Below are positions 48,955 through 63,644 of a stretch of DNA of 64,000 nucleotides, piece by piece. Below the pieces are notes generated by a model. It made no database searches and was not told the DNA's origin. It saw only the letters and a program-made list of their open reading frames with translations. Both the position numbers and the translations under genes were made by a program. The DNA comes from Azolla caroliniana (Eukaryota; Plantae; Polypodiophyta), in assembly GCA_043228905.1 (NCBI GenBank), contig JBHGNT010000013.1, forward strand, positions 5,146,001-5,210,000, given 5' to 3'. Within the stretch, counting starts at the first letter, position 1; every line of letters starts with the position of its first letter.

Positions 48955-51900
48955 CTACTTCAAAAGATTGCACTCTTGCAATATAAAGTGAGGAAATTGT
49001 GCCTTAAGCGAATGCTCGCGTTCCCATGTGGCATCATCAATAGGTTTATCCATCCATTTGATCTTGAATAGCCGAATCTCTTTAGAACGTAAACGTTTAG
49101 TACGAGAATCAAGAATTCGTTCAGGAACATGAGGTTTGTAAGAAAAATCCTCTAATGTTACAAGATCTTGGATTGTGATGGTGTTATCACCAGAGCCTAA
49201 AAATGGTTTTAGACGACTGACGTGAAAAACAGGATGAATACCAACGTTACGAGGTAAGGCAAGGTGATAAGCAGATGACCCAACTCGCTTAAGGATTTCA
49301 AATGGGCCACAATATCGTGGGGCTAACTTAGCGCACTTGCCCGTAGATAATGACGTAGAATCAGTCGGGACACGCAAAAAAACTTTTTGACCAATAGTAA
49401 ATGCACGAGGACGTCTATCCTGATCAGCATAAAATCGAGCACGATCTTGAGCTGTCTTGACATTTTCTTTGGCAATATGCAACATTTGGTTCATGTCTTG
49501 CAAAAAATTGCGTGTACTGTCTAATGTATCACGATGAATCGTGACATCAACTGGGGCTGAAAACCATACATCAACATAAAAGGACTATATCCAGTGGATG
49601 TATGTTTAGAGCTATTATAAGCAAATTCTAAGATAGGAAGGTATTGCTCCCACTTAGAAGGGGTTTTTGCTACATAAGCTCGAAGCATGTCCTCAATAAT
49701 TTGATTAACTCGTTCAGTTTGTCCATCAGACTGAGGATGATCTGCGGAACTCATGGTCAACGTAGTTTCTAGTTTCTTAAAGACCTGAGTCCAAAAGTCA
49801 CTAGTAAACTTGGAATCTCGATCACTAACAATATCCATCGGCAATCCATAAAAACGAAATAACTCATCAACAAATTGATAAGCCAACTGTTGAGCGGTTA
49901 CCGTGGTTTTTGTAGGAATAAATCTAGCTAATTTTGTTAGCCTGTCAACGACAACCCATATGGCATCATGACCCCTCTGTGTACGAGGTAAACTAACAAT
50001 AAAATCCATCGAGATACTTTCCCATTTATTGTTGGGAATATCTAAGGGATGTAAAAGACCAGCAGCTTTAAGTCGTTCCGACTTATTAATCTGACATTGT
50101 AAGCATTGAGTTACGTATTTATGCACGTCAGAGCGCATCTTAGGCCAGAAAAAAGTACACGAGATGAGAACGAGTGTGCGTTGTATTCCAGGATGACCAA
50201 CAGATGGTGCATCATGACATTCATGAAAAATTTTCTGTTTAACATTTGGTAAATCTGGAACACAGACCTTTCCACTACGGTAGAGCAAACCGTTTGTAAT
50301 GTGAAAGGTCGCCTTCGAGGGTAGGGTGCTAGTATCGGCATCTAAACCAGATTCGGCTTTCGTCCAGTATTTTGAGAAATAACTGTCATCAAGGTATTTC
50401 CCTCGAAGGTGATCTAAAAGATCAGATTTTATTTCCGTGAAGCTAAGCATGCTAACTTCTTTAATGCGACTAAGAGCATCAGCAACGGTGTTCATAGAAC
50501 CCTTGCGATATCGTATGGAAAAATCAAAATCTTGCATAAGGTCAGCCCAACGGCCTTTACGACCAACAAGATCGGGCTGGTCACAAAAATACTTTAATGA
50601 TTGATGGTCTGTTGTAACCACAAATTTATTTCCATAGAGATAGTGCCTCCATGTTTTAAGTGCGTGTATCACCGCAAACAACTCTTTCTCTTGAACCGAA
50701 TACCGAGATTGAGCAGCATCAAGCTTCTTACTTTCAAAAGCGATAGGGTGACCACCTTGATAAAGAACGGCACCAATAGCATAATCACTAGCATCGGTTT
50801 CAATTGAGAAAGGCTTAGAAGGGTCTGGTAATAGAAGAGTGGGACCCTGACACACATGCTCCTTGAGTGTCTCAAATGATTTGTCGAGTTGTTCATTCCA
50901 TGAAATTGGTTTGACAGACTTACGTGGATGACCTTTTAAAAGGTCAGTTAATGGCGTAGTCAATTTGGAATAGTTACGAATTGATTTTCGTAAAAATCCA
51001 ACAAACCCTAAGAATGATCTAAGTTCACGAATATTACGAAGAATGGGCCAAAGTTTAACCTTTTCAATACGAGAAGGTTCAATTTCAACGCCATTTTCTG
51101 TAATTAAATGACCTAGGTACACAATAGATTTTTGGAAGAAGTCACATTTTGAATGTTTTGCATAGAAAGAGTTGTCACGCAACTTTCGCAAAACAAATCG
51201 AACATGTTGAACATGATCTTGCAAGGTACGGCTATATATCAAAATATCATCCAAGAAGACGACAACAAAATCACCGAGTTGATCTCGGAAAACATCATTC
51301 ATCGCTTGTTGGAATGTGGCTGGAGCATTAGTTAACCCAAACGGCATGACTAAAAACTCATAATGGCCATAGCGCGTACGAAAAGCGGTTTTAGGAATAT
51401 CATCCTCGGCGATGCGAATCTGATGATAACCAGTTCGTAAGTCAATTTTCGTAAAATATCGAGCCCCGTGCAAACGATCAATCAAATCATCGGCACGAGG
51501 TAATGGATATGCATTCTTAATTGTCATTTTATTCAAACGGCGATAATTGATACACATTCGCCACGAACCTTCCTTCTTCTTGACTAATAGAACTGGCACA
51601 CCCCAAGGTGATTTACTATACCTAATGTGGCCCATACTCAAGTATTCCTTAAGTTGTTTAGCGATCTCATCCTCTTCTAATCGACTAAGTCGGTAAGGTG
51701 GAATGCTCACAGGAGCAGCCCCAGGGATGAGTTCAATTTGATGGTCCACATTACGTTTAGGTGGTAAAGTAAGCGGTAATTCAGTAGGAAACACATCTTG
51801 AAAATCCTCTAAAATAGAGTCGAGTAATCGTTGCTCAAAATGTGGTAATTGTGTGGCGTCAATATTAAAATAATAAAATTGAACCGCAGGATCAATTACA

Positions 51901-53351
51901 CACGAATAAATTAATGAACTAGAATACTCACTTAAAGATTTAGAAGACACAAGTGAATGAGAAGGAAGTTTGGAACATTGAATAAAATGTTTACAATTAT
52001 TAAGTTCAAATGTGATTGAGTGATTAACCCAATCAATGGACAAAGAAGGGTTTTTATTAAAAAACCAAGGATATCCTAAAATGACATCTGCGGATTGTAA
52101 TTTCATAACATGAAAGTCAAGCTTCTCCAAATAAGTATCTATTTGAATTGGCAGTTGACAAACAATGCCACTGATGTATTGAACGTTTCCATTTGCCATG
52201 TGAACTTGATAGATATGATCACTTGCGTTTATGTGGAGCTCCATTTGCTGCACAAAGTGATCATTAAGAAAATTGTGAGAACTACCGGAATCAAACAAGA
52301 AATGTGCTTGTGTTCCATTGATATATCCGACTGCTCGGAGTAAATCATTAGGTCCAAGTAAATGTGAAGGAAAAGTGCATTCACATAAACTTAAGTGATT
52401 GGTATGAACTTCAACAATATCAAAAGACTCACCTGTGTGACTCGTAGATTTGTCTTGAGGAGGGGTGTTCATTGACTTCCTCTCAAGACGACGACAGGTA
52501 TCCTTTGTGTGGCCCCGCTTCTTGCAATATGCACAGAAGAGGTTCGTTTTCTTTGAGTCGCGGTCAAGAGTGTCACTGGATTGCTTACGTTTCCCAATGA
52601 ACTTGACATTCGGAGTTTTGGCGAACTCAGGTTTATTGTGGTCTTTCTTGGAAGCCCTATGGTATCGCAGCACAATGTTGACGGCTTCCTCGAAAGTTGT
52701 GGGGTCCTTGTCATGGACAATCCAATGATAATCCCCATTGGGAATACCATTCAAAAAACAAGCGACAAACCATTTCTCACCCGTAAGTCCCGATTTTTGG
52801 ATCTGGGTCCGAGCGTGATGCACATAATCCTCGAGAGAGGTAAATGGCTTACTAGACAATGTGAGCAAGTGTTGCGCTTGTTCGGTTTGAGAAGGTGGCT
52901 GCAAGAATTGTTTCTTAAAAACATCAACGAAACCTTCCCAAGTTGTGGGTAAGTTTTTTGCGGTCCTTAGGCCACGCCACCAAGCAGCAGCTCGGCCACC
53001 TAACTCACGACCGACATAACCAATTTTTACTGCATCGGGCTTGGGATGAAGCTCAAAGTGAGACTCCCAACGACCAAGCCAAGTGCTAATGGCCTCCTCG
53101 GTTCTTTCTTTCTTATCTCCCTTGAAAGGCGTGACTACGAAGGAAGGTTCACCTTCTTTCTTGGACTCAATAGTTAATTCTTGGAATTTCTTTTCCAATG
53201 CCATATTGGCCTGTCTCATTTCGGCCAATTGATTTAAGGTAGTAGTGAGCAATTGCTCAATAGTGATCTCAGCTTGTGTGCGAGATGCGGATTGGGGTTG
53301 AGAGGTCTCATTCGGAGAGATCGTTCCAACTGCGTTCAAAACTTGTTCCAT
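48955..53351 (-). CDS. Gypsy Gag-Pol polyprotein with chromodomain; a single frameshift near 49552
   Basis: 1276-aa ORF (CAYCKKRGHTKDTC, LFDSGSSHNF, FLDDILIYS, ETDASDYAIG, SMDFIVSLP) plus ORF 48955-49503 (GPF motif, PERILDSR...KIKWMDKPIDDATWE). Confidence 0.93.
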
Positions 53352-54344
53352 GATGCACGTTGTGGGTATGCAATAAAATAAGGAGGTTCAGAAAATACAC
53401 AAGCAAAATGAATGCTTGAAATTTTGATTGAAAGAACTTTATCCAAGAAAGTATCTCATGTCTTTACCCCTCTAGACATATGAGATGTGATTCGAGATCC
53501 GATAACTATGGTAACACTATGGTGTTTTAAAAACCATGGGGGAAAACATAGCTAAGACGTATTTCTCGGATCTCTATCTTGAGTAATCATGGCGGCTCCC
53601 CGAGGCTCAACCATGGTTCTTACATCAATGAAATTTCCTAGATAGCCTTATATTAATGCCAACCCATCATGTATTATATGGTCGAGAAAGTGTATTACGT
53701 GAAAAAACAAGTGCACTCACAAGTAATATTCTAGTCTTGCGAGCAATAAGCAAACGTGATGATAAAATGATAAAATAAGGCACTACTCATAAGAGTTAAG
53801 TAGTGATGAAAACAAGGGTAAAAAAAAAAGAACCCATGTGTTACCTACGAAAAAAACAATGTCACAAATAAATGGGAAGTGCAAGGTATGCACATATACA
53901 TCCCAATATGATGTTTATAACTTGCACAATTGTGACATAAGCCACAAATTGATACAAGTGATGACGGTGTTGTGCGCAAAGATGTAATACTCAAATCCAT
54001 GAGTAAAACATCAATAAGGGAACTCATATGGTTTTACTCGTTTTCTAAGGCTTGATGATAAGAGTTAAACCTAGATGACCCGTTGAAAAAAAAATCGTTC
54101 AACAAGCCACTCCATACGAAAAAAATAGTCTACACGTAAAGGTTACATTAAAAATAAACGATGTAAATACTTTATACATGAAAAGGAAGTGGAAAAAAGA
54201 GAGTTAATTGTGGGCGGGTAAATAATAATTACTAGAAAATCATATAAGTGAAACAATACTTATGAAATTAAGATTTAATTAGAATAATCAACAATTAGGT
54301 GTATGGAATCAAACATGCCCTAAGATACGAAACCCTAGGGTAGT

Positions 54345-54862
54345 TGACATGCACCTCCTCAAGACCACCACATATCCCTAGAATCGGCCAAGTAATGGCT
54401 AATTAAAGAGGAAAGTGGCATAGGTAAGTGACATATACCTCGTCAAGGCCACATCATCCCTTAGAATCGGCCAATTGATGGCTAATTAAAAAGGAAAGTG
54501 GCATATGTAAGCTACATATACCTTGTCAAGGCCATAACATCCCATAGAATCGGCCAATTGATGGCTTAATAGAGAGTAGAGTGGCATAGGTAGGCAACAT
54601 ACACCTCGTCAAGGCCACATCATCCCTTAGAATCGGCCAAGTGATGGCTCAATAGAGGGGAAGAGTGGTATACTCAACATCATATGCAAAACGGCCATGA
54701 GATAAGCGTGTGCGATTAGAGCAAACACGCTCGACCCAATGCACAAGAATAATTATTATCGTAAGAGTTCAAGAGAGGAGAGAGTGGGATATATATCGCA
54801 ATATGCAAAAGGCCATGAGTTGAGCGTGTGCGATTAGTGCAAACACGCTCGGCCCGATGCAT
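54345..54862. repeat. Tandem repeats in the Gypsy 5' UTR: 4 x 83 bp, then 2 x ~119 bp
   Basis: TAGAATCGGCCA recurs at 54379, 54462, 54545 and 54628; ATATGCAAAA...AGCGTGTGCGATTAG.GCAAACACGCTCG at ~54682 and ~54801. Confidence 0.9.
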
Positions 54863-57800
54863 AATAATAAGTAAAATCGTAGCGTAGTAGGAGGTAGAAA
54901 GAAAGAGAATAAAACGTAATACCAATTTGATTCGACCATAAAGAACGCATAATAGAAAAAGAGAAGAGATCAAAAAAGAAGAATACCGGGTTTAGAGTGT
55001 TGTTTTGATCCTGAGAAGAGCATGACGAGCCTTGTTAGATCCCCCTCGCTCACACGCAAAAAACATCAAAACAACAAAAAAATTGTTAGTAAAAGCTCTG
55101 ATACCACTGTTAAGAGTCTATTACTAATCAATAGACCAAATCAAGTAAAAAGGAAGAAAATAGATTGGATAGAAGAACCCGTTCCACCCGACCACCCCCG
55201 AGCTATGATCTAGACATAGCCAACCTACCACCGACGTCCCATACCGCCGGATATTAGGATGACTAATACCTTGGAAGAGATAAACACGATCGTCGAGACG
55301 AAAGCCTAGCCCGCACCACCGGTGTCTACGACAGCAGCCTTCCGACGTGATGATCCCTATGAGGGTAGCTAAGCCTCATATTTATACCTTTTCCTAGGCC
55401 CCTTGAATAGATGTGCCTTTCTAAAAGGCTCTCTATTCATTGGTTGTCTAAATCATGATAGTGCATGCACATATCATTCATTCTATCCAATCATTAGTCC
55501 CCTTTTTAATAATAGTGAACATACCCTTCACTAATGTAAATATTAGTGACCTACCCTCACCAACGTTATGTGTACATAACATCGGCTACTCCTTGTCTTC
55601 GACTATCGGCTCTTACTTAGGAAAACAGTCGGCTCTTCCCACATGAGAGACATATTCGTAACACATTTTCCCTACATTCAACAATTTTACGTATCTCTTG
55701 TTGGACAAACAACATTAGCACATGCTTGTGAGATTGTGTATACATGCTAACAAACCTACAAATAATTTACATGAGGGGGCCTATGGCGATAACTTGATGA
55801 TTGTTGGAATCAAGGCATACATTTCAATAGTGGCATTGTTTGGTGTAGACATGGTTATCATGTCTTTTGTAGGAGAGGCGGTTGAGGACCTATTTGCGGG
55901 GGGATGTTGAATGAACAATGGGAATAGGTATCCACAAGTTATAGCTCTTTGCATTGATCAATGTTGGAATGACTTACCCATTGGCCTCTTCTCATGCTCA
56001 ACTAACATTAATGAGGACAAAAATGTTGTTGATATTGTCAATGGAAAATGCATGGTAAAATTATTGTATATCTTCTTGCATAACATAAGGAGAACTAACC
56101 TTCAGGTAGTCTAAACATGGGTTGAAGATTGTAATGTGTATTTAATGGTGAGCATGGAGAGTGACTAGCACTAATCATTTGAAAACGTAAACGATATTGA
56201 AACTCACAACAATGATAATACAAAAGCTAACCATCAATTTAAGTGGAAGTATCCGTCATGTGGTCTAAACATGGGTTGTAGATTGTATAGTGCAAGCAAT
56301 GGTGACCATGAGTGTGATAAGTGTTCATTGTTGGAAAAGGTACGCAATATTACAACTCACGACAAAGATAATACAAAACTTGATCGTCAACAACATCGTA
56401 GACATAACTATCATTCGACTTCTATATTAAACGTTTTTAATTAGTTTTTTCTAGTCTCGCATTTACATTAGGATGGATTCGGTCTAGAGATGTAAATGTT
56501 TTGAACAAACATAATTTTGAATTAAATGAGTGCATGGCATAATTGAAGAGGATAACCTTCAAGAAATGTTTTACATTCTTCCTTGGTTCCAAAATCAAAA
56601 CACAAAAGCATAACAAAGATTATACACACATATATACTAAGTAAATGTAAACATCCACTTCACCACGGCCATAAAGCAAATATGGGCACTAGCCCAACCC
56701 TTAGAGCTAGATGTGAATGAAATTGATTTGATGAGTAGTTTTGATGAGCAGTTTCCTATATAATAGGTTCGCACTTATCGAACTCGATCAAGAGATGCAG
56801 TCCTCTTAGCCTTGAATCCAATAGCGATAACCAACCTAGAGTCCAAGTGTGTCAATCACTTAGCCCCAAAGAATAAGACCATTGATCCTATTCTCAGAAC
56901 AACCTCACCTTTCTCTAAATAAGTGTACATTCACACATTATACTATGGATAACTAACTATACACCTACGATGTTGTTAAGGCACATTTGAATGTCTGAGA
57001 GCACAAGAAGAAATATCTAAGACATTAGATAAGTTAAGTTTAAATATTGATGCAGTCAATAGACATGGGTTCCTTAGATTTTTCAATAAATCAATGAGTA
57101 GATCTTTGGACGATGTTTGCCCCCATTACCATATGGTGTATATGGACATCAAGGTGTACCTGGATATTTTCAGCACACAAATGCCCTCCAGCTGAATTGA
57201 TTAAGCTAATCTAGCACACATTAGTAACTACACTAAGAGCTCAATATGAGCGGATTGCTAGTATTGATGATGCTGCAGAATTAATGAGGCTAAATTTTCG
57301 AAAGCGGTGGTGTACTACACCGATGGCCGCAACAAATGGAATGGATATACAATGGAAGTATGAAGTACCCAAATGGTTGTTCCCCCCTCCCATTAGTTGA
57401 ACGAGGGGCGGGAAAGAGATGGCATGTGGGATAGTGAATGTAGGTGATGTGTATGAAAGGATGGCTAGAGACATGTGAAAGTGTAAGATAAATAAGCGAG
57501 ATCTCTTATGTAGGATAGGATAGTCTAGGCAAGGCCTACCCGTGAAAGGGATCGAGTTTGTGTATATTTTAACTAATGGAGTATATTCTTCTTTGGAAAA
57601 AAATTCTGAGATAAAAGCAATGGCAAGTTTGGTTTTATACATAGAATAACTTTTAACTTGATGGATCTATTGTGTGGTAAGACACTACTATGCTTAAAAA
57701 TGAATATCAAGTAATTGCACTTTAGAGCTCCTAAGACATGGAAATGTATTAGCATTTAAAATATAAAGAAACATGAATTAAGGTTTTGTCCTTAAATATA

Positions 57801-58173
57801 GAATGTCAATTTTATCAACTTGGATTGTAAGTCTAAGTATAAATGAGTCACTCAATATCATGTGTATTATTGCTTTATAGATGATGTTTACAATCCTATA
57901 AATGTTTTTGTTTATGTACTTAACCAAGTTCCTTAGGACAAAGGACCTTCACTTTGTTATCATATCGACCACGTAGATGTGTTAAAACTGTAAAATTTGG
58001 AATAAGCAAGTACAATTCTAATTGTAAAAGAACTTCACATTTATGACTTGTCTCCTATCATTGCAAATGCCAAACATGAGATTATCATTTTTCTCATTTA
58101 AAACAATACATGGTTGTGTCCCTTCACAAATGAAATCGGCCTTTGCATCATTTTAGTACTTGTTTGTCTAAAT

Positions 58174-58269
58174 TTGTTCGTGAACAGAGCGGTGCCAACG
58201 TCATTTGTGTCGAGGATGAACATCCTCCCTTCTCGGCGCCCTTGCGCAATGATTTGGCCTTCCTCTTCG
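58174..58269 (-). pseudogene. Isolated ~95-bp Copia pol fragment
   Basis: Minus strand encodes EEEGQIIAQGRREGRMFILDTNDVGTALFT, homologous to element E at ~32994-33078. Confidence 0.8.
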
Positions 58270-61200
58270 TTGTAACCAATGCATTCTCATAAAAGCCCTT
58301 ATATATTATGGATCATGTTCCAAAATCCAAGAAAAGACCACGTATTAGTTCCAAATATCAAGCAAAACAATTAGAAGAATTAATTTCAATTGTCAAGGAA
58401 TGCAATGGAAACCTAGGCCCAATAATTATTTAATCAACATTACATAAAACGATCATGAAAAGAGTCTTATGAAATTCAACCAACAAAAACATGCATTTTA
58501 GATTATCGACATGAACATTCCAAATGTGCAAAACTTTTACAATTAATTGCTTTCGAAATGTCTACAACATTGAAATCTTTTGAAGCCTAAATTGTGAGGG
58601 CTCATATCCGGTTCTCATCATGGCCATTACAACATAATCAAAATCTTGTATGCTATTTTTTTATGTCACTTCAACTTGCATTCAAACAATAAATAAAATA
58701 AAACTAGCAAAAGGTTTTAAGGGCAAAAATATTTCAAAATGCATGAGAGATTATCAATGAAGAAATATTTATGGTATGAGAATCATTAACTCTACTTTGT
58801 TTCAATATGTATACATGAACCTCAACAAAAGTGGCAAAATAGCTATGCTCTTACTATACTGTTGTTGAAGTCCATTTAAGAGATAGACAATGTTTCGCCA
58901 AGAAAGAAATTCAAGACTTTTTTGTTCACTACAAAAACTTTCTACAATCTTTCATTAGTCTCTATGAACACTATGGATGTAATGAGGTTCTACACACAAA
59001 TAAAAATTGATGAAATATAGAGTTCCATATTCGAATTCATGACTTATAATGTGTTATGAGTTTTATACCCGCACTAGGAGAAACCCTTCATATCAAGACT
59101 CTTCCTTTAAGATGAGAAATTAAATCTTATACTTATAGGATTGGAAATTAATATTAATGGCATTCTTCCTTTCTCCCTGAAAAAATCTTACTAAGGTTGC
59201 ATCTCTAGGGTGAACCGATCATGTTGCTAATAAACACTTTTGAGTCCATTAAAGCTTTGTAGTTTTTTTAGTTCTCTATCTTTCAACCTCTCTTGCCTCA
59301 TTTATTCATACACATTATGACATGTATTTGTATGTGAGTGTTATGGTTTATGGTTGAGGTATGGACATGTGCCCATGGAAAATCACAATATTGTTTAAAG
59401 TATAGTCATGCAATATCTCTAAGTCATATGACCCAATCTCATGAAGTATAATGTTGATGGACAACACATTCATAGATGCATGTGTAAGTGCATGCATGGC
59501 TATTAATATAGTTTTCCATTATTTTCATTGTATGAAAAGGGGAACACGAGCTTGTTGATTATAAACTACATAAAGCTTCAAATAGGACAAATGTTATGAG
59601 TAATTGTATGTCTTGAATCTTGATGTTGTGGCACTTCTAATAATGCAAATGCATCTTTAAAACGTGATATTTTAGCAATGTACTATATCACTTTAAGCAA
59701 AAATCTAATATTAGAGGGAAAGACATCTTGAATTATTGCACAAAGTAAACATCCACTTAAACCCACATGATTATTTTGCAATGAAACAATCTTAAAATGA
59801 AGTACAATAACAACCTAAAAGAATTTATGGTTTTCCTCTATTTAACATATTCATACATCAATGAGATAATTGATTACAACAAATAATAGTTTTCCTCAAC
59901 CCATTTCATTTTTTTAGATCTGATTAACCAATGTCACAAAACTTCCATTTATTATTTCTTGATCTCAACCATCACTCATTGTTCAACTCTTATCAAGTTC
60001 TTATGGAATTGAAATTCCATAGAGGCCAGAACTTTTAGCACTCGTGCTTTGATTGTGATGCATGGAGAATTGGCCACTTTACTCTTCATCATGAAAAGCT
60101 TAGGCCTAAAATGTGGTTATGTTGAATTGGTCGTTTTCGCAGCATAGAAATTTAGTCACTCTCTTGTTGTTTCTATCTTGAATTGTCTCAGCGTTTGTGT
60201 ATGTGGGATTTTTTATATATATGTTACTACACAATGACACATTTAGTGAAAAAGTTTTGATATTCCCAAAAAATTCTTAAAATGGAGTTGATTTAGTTTC
60301 TTTGATAACCTTGATGCATAATGGTCAATATGAAATATTAACTCAATTCAAACGTTGGACTTCTTCAATATACATTTGTACCTTGATATTTGGGAGTACA
60401 CTTTACATTCGGTGCTGTCAAAGAGGCAATCTCTCTCTACTCACAAGTATCTCATTCCTTGTAAATTAGCACACAATAAATACTTTAAACAAAGTACATA
60501 TGTGCTGAAGGTATGTTGTTATTTTGGTCATTGCTTTACAAACACATGCCTGAAAAACCAATATAAATACATACAACATTATATTGATGCATGTTTTCCG
60601 GTCATTTGGTTTTTTACATCCTTTCACAACCACACCATCTATTATTTATGTGTATGTTTCTGCTTTTAACGAGATTTTCGTAAATTGTAAAAGAGAAGAT
60701 ATAGATCTTAGATGAATAGTCACACAATGGTGTTGGACATCATAGGCCTTCTATCTAGAATGCATATAATTAAATCATTGCATAGTTACTTGGTAGATAG
60801 ACTTGATGTTATTTTACTTATTTTGTGACAGTGACTCAACTTTGTTAAGTTGAGCCCATAAATCCAGCCAAATCAATTTCTTCATCTTACATTAAGATTC
60901 AAACCAACTCATAAAAACAATGATATTCCTACTTAATGACAATGTTTAAAATGTGCACTTGTTCTTCTAGCAAGTTTACCATCCTAAAGAAGTTGTATGA
61001 GCTTCACAATTCATCATGACGTCAATGCTTTAGTAGTATGGATTAATGTTAAATATTATGAATCAAACTAATGAAGAGTTAAATAATAAGAGATCGAGGG
61101 AAAAAATGGATTAAGGGTACTTCAATCAAATTGACCACTCTAGAGTTGGAAGTGAAGGTCATGAGACAAACATAAAATACCATCAATGTCGCACACCACC

Positions 61201-61492
61201 AAATGGTACCTTATGTTATAACTTGCTAGTTGACAACATCAAAATATGTTGTAATGATGGGGGTAGCTAGTCCCCTTTATATAGCCTAACACTGAAGGTT
61301 TTTGTTGAGAATTGAAATCAACTTCCATAGAGATAGTGTTCACACTAGACAGTGGACATCATATTAGGCTAGTTTTGTAATTAGTAGAAAGGGCACTTGC
61401 CCTAGACTAGTTGGTATTTAAACCAACTCTTTGTAACTTAGTCACTGTTGGATGTATTCTATTTTTTCACTAACATACAACTTCTTGCTTAA

Positions 61493-61495
<3 letters not shown>

Positions 61496-61567
<72 letters not shown>
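61496..61567. repeat. (CT)n microsatellite in the LTR of K
   Basis: Uninterrupted CT run of ~70 bp. Confidence 0.95.
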
Positions 61568-61572
<5 letters not shown>

Positions 61573-63644
61573 TAAGAGGGCACACACACAGAGTTCACCT
61601 CCACTACACAACATCACCTACACCTCTCATTCTTTACATGGTACCAGAGCATGTGGTTTTCTAATCAGGCTTAATCGACTATGTTGTGCTACACATCGAA
61701 GATCAATAGAATCGGTTCAACAACAGAGAAGAAATCGACATCATGAATACTTAGATGGGAAGCACTCTTCCTACGGAGAAACTCAATAGGAGAAACTTCG
61801 CATCTTGGGAATACAAGATGCATCAATACCTTGTCGGACAAGGGTATTGGAGCTATATTGAGGGAGATCACGAAATGCAAACTAACCCAAAACACGCCGA
61901 CTACCCAGCATGGGAGCATGCCGCAAGTCGTGTGTTGTATTGCCTTGCATCATGCATTCATGATCACATGCTCGGCTATATTCGAGAGTCGAAAACGCCA
62001 AAAGAAGCTTGAGGCAATCTCAATAAGATTTTCGCAGGCAACGAAAGCTCCAACTCCAACAGGAGTTAAACAATATGCAACAAAGGGATAGGTCGATCAT
62101 TAGCTATAGGAGTTGTGCGATGCCCTCAGATCAATCAACGTCGTCATCAACGATGAAGAAATGGTTCAAATATGCCTCTGTGGCTTAGCACCGCAATTCG
62201 CCACGATCAGATCGGCCATTCTTGCAAGGGAGAACCCTCCCTCATTTTTTGACCTTCAGTCGATATTACTGGTGGAAGAAAATCATGCCCGACAAAGGAG
62301 CAACGCACCAGATGGTCAGATGCTCTACTCCCAGTCGGATTATAGAAGAGGATTCAGCCAAGGAAATAGAGGTCGATTCAGCCGAGGCCGACAGGATCAA
62401 CTGACCCGAGAACGCAATTCCCATCATTGGCAAGAGCCCAAAGATACTCCCAGGGAATTCGGCTAAAAGAGGAGCCATCCTCCCGGACCAAGCCACCAAA
62501 ATAGCCTGATCAAATGCGAGTATTATGGAAAACTCGGCCACTATGAAGAGAAGTGCCAAAAGAAAAAACAAGAGTTGGTTTCGACTAGCCGGCAATTCAC
62601 TAACTATGCGACAAATTCTGATTACGACGATCATGGCGGTATGTTCATGATGAGGCATAATGCACATTCAATGTCAGCACAAGGTCAGTCAAGTACCTCC
62701 CCATCCGATAATGTATGGTTTGTCGACTCAGGAGCATCCAATCACATGACATCTCACGAAGATTGGTTCCGAGAGTTGAGAAAACCCAATCGACCCAGCT
62801 ATGTCGAAACTGGAGATGGCACAACTCACCTGATTCAACATATCGAAAATGTCCCATTTGGAAATGAGGGCAACCAAACCTACCTCAAGAACATCTTGCA
62901 TGTCCCAACCATCACAAAAAACTTGGTCTCGGTCGGCCAAATTGTCGAACAAGGCATGCAAGTATGTTTCAATAATAAAGGGTGCTTTATTGAGAAAGAA
63001 GGCCGATTAATCGCTGACGATCAAAGAGAAGGCCGAATGGTCATCGTCAAATTGAACGAGGTGAAGACAACTATGTTCACCAAAGGCCTCAAAGTCAAAA
63101 CCGACTTGAAACTATGGCACAAGCAAATTGGCCACATCAATCTGCAAAAGCTTAAAGGAATGCAGTCGAAAGGAATCGTAGTCAAACTCCTAACATTTAC
63201 CAAAAAGGAGATAATTGGTGTATGTGAAGCCTACCAATTCGGCAAACAACACCTACAACCATTCCTGAAAGAGAGGAATGTGTGCAAAGGGATCCTAGAT
63301 GTAATACATTCAGATGTGTGGGGACCAACCCAGACGGCAACTTTCAGTGGTTATCGATACTATGTCACATTCATCAACGACTTCTCGAGGCACACATGGA
63401 TGTATCCTATGTGGCAAAAGAGTGAAGTGTTCGGACACTTCCAAAGGTTAAAAAACGAAGTCGAAAAAACCACAAGTCAGCAGGTTTGATGCCTTCGATC
63501 GGATGGAGGTAAGGAGTATTTCTCAAACGAGTTTACAACGTATCTCGGAAAGGAAGGCATTCGACGGGAATTCTCTTGTCGACACACACCTCAGCAAAAC
63601 GGAGTAACTGAACGAAAGAACCAGCACATAGTAGATGTGGCAAG

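Larger units (their letters stand above)
48474..55581 (-). mobile_element. Very young full-length Gypsy chromovirus
   Basis: 474-bp LTRs 48474-48947 and 55108-55581 (two differences seen by eye); TSD TCGGC (48469-48473/55582-55586); PBS TGGTATCAGAGC at 55095-55106; PPT GGGGAGTA at 48948-48955. Confidence 0.97.
48133..55663 (-). mobile_element. Probable old LTR (possibly the 5' LTR of the Tcn1-like fragment) split by the young Gypsy
   Basis: GTATAAATAC on the minus strand at ~48204-48213; GTCGAC/GTCGGC-rich repeats on both sides of the insertion; ends ...CGTAACA at 55663. Confidence 0.5.

Noticed and set aside
54345-54862. CRISPR-like array
   Set aside because: Whole units are repeated with no unique spacers, inside a eukaryotic retrotransposon leader; no cas genes
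55664-61302. Host gene or DNA-transposon transposase in the AT-rich interval
   Set aside because: Only short ORFs without recognisable motifs; 56700-57550 may be decayed coding sequence but cannot be identified without a translated search
61227-61302. Tiny TG...CA element upstream of K
   Set aside because: No TSD or partner found; may be an LTR remnant but unsupported
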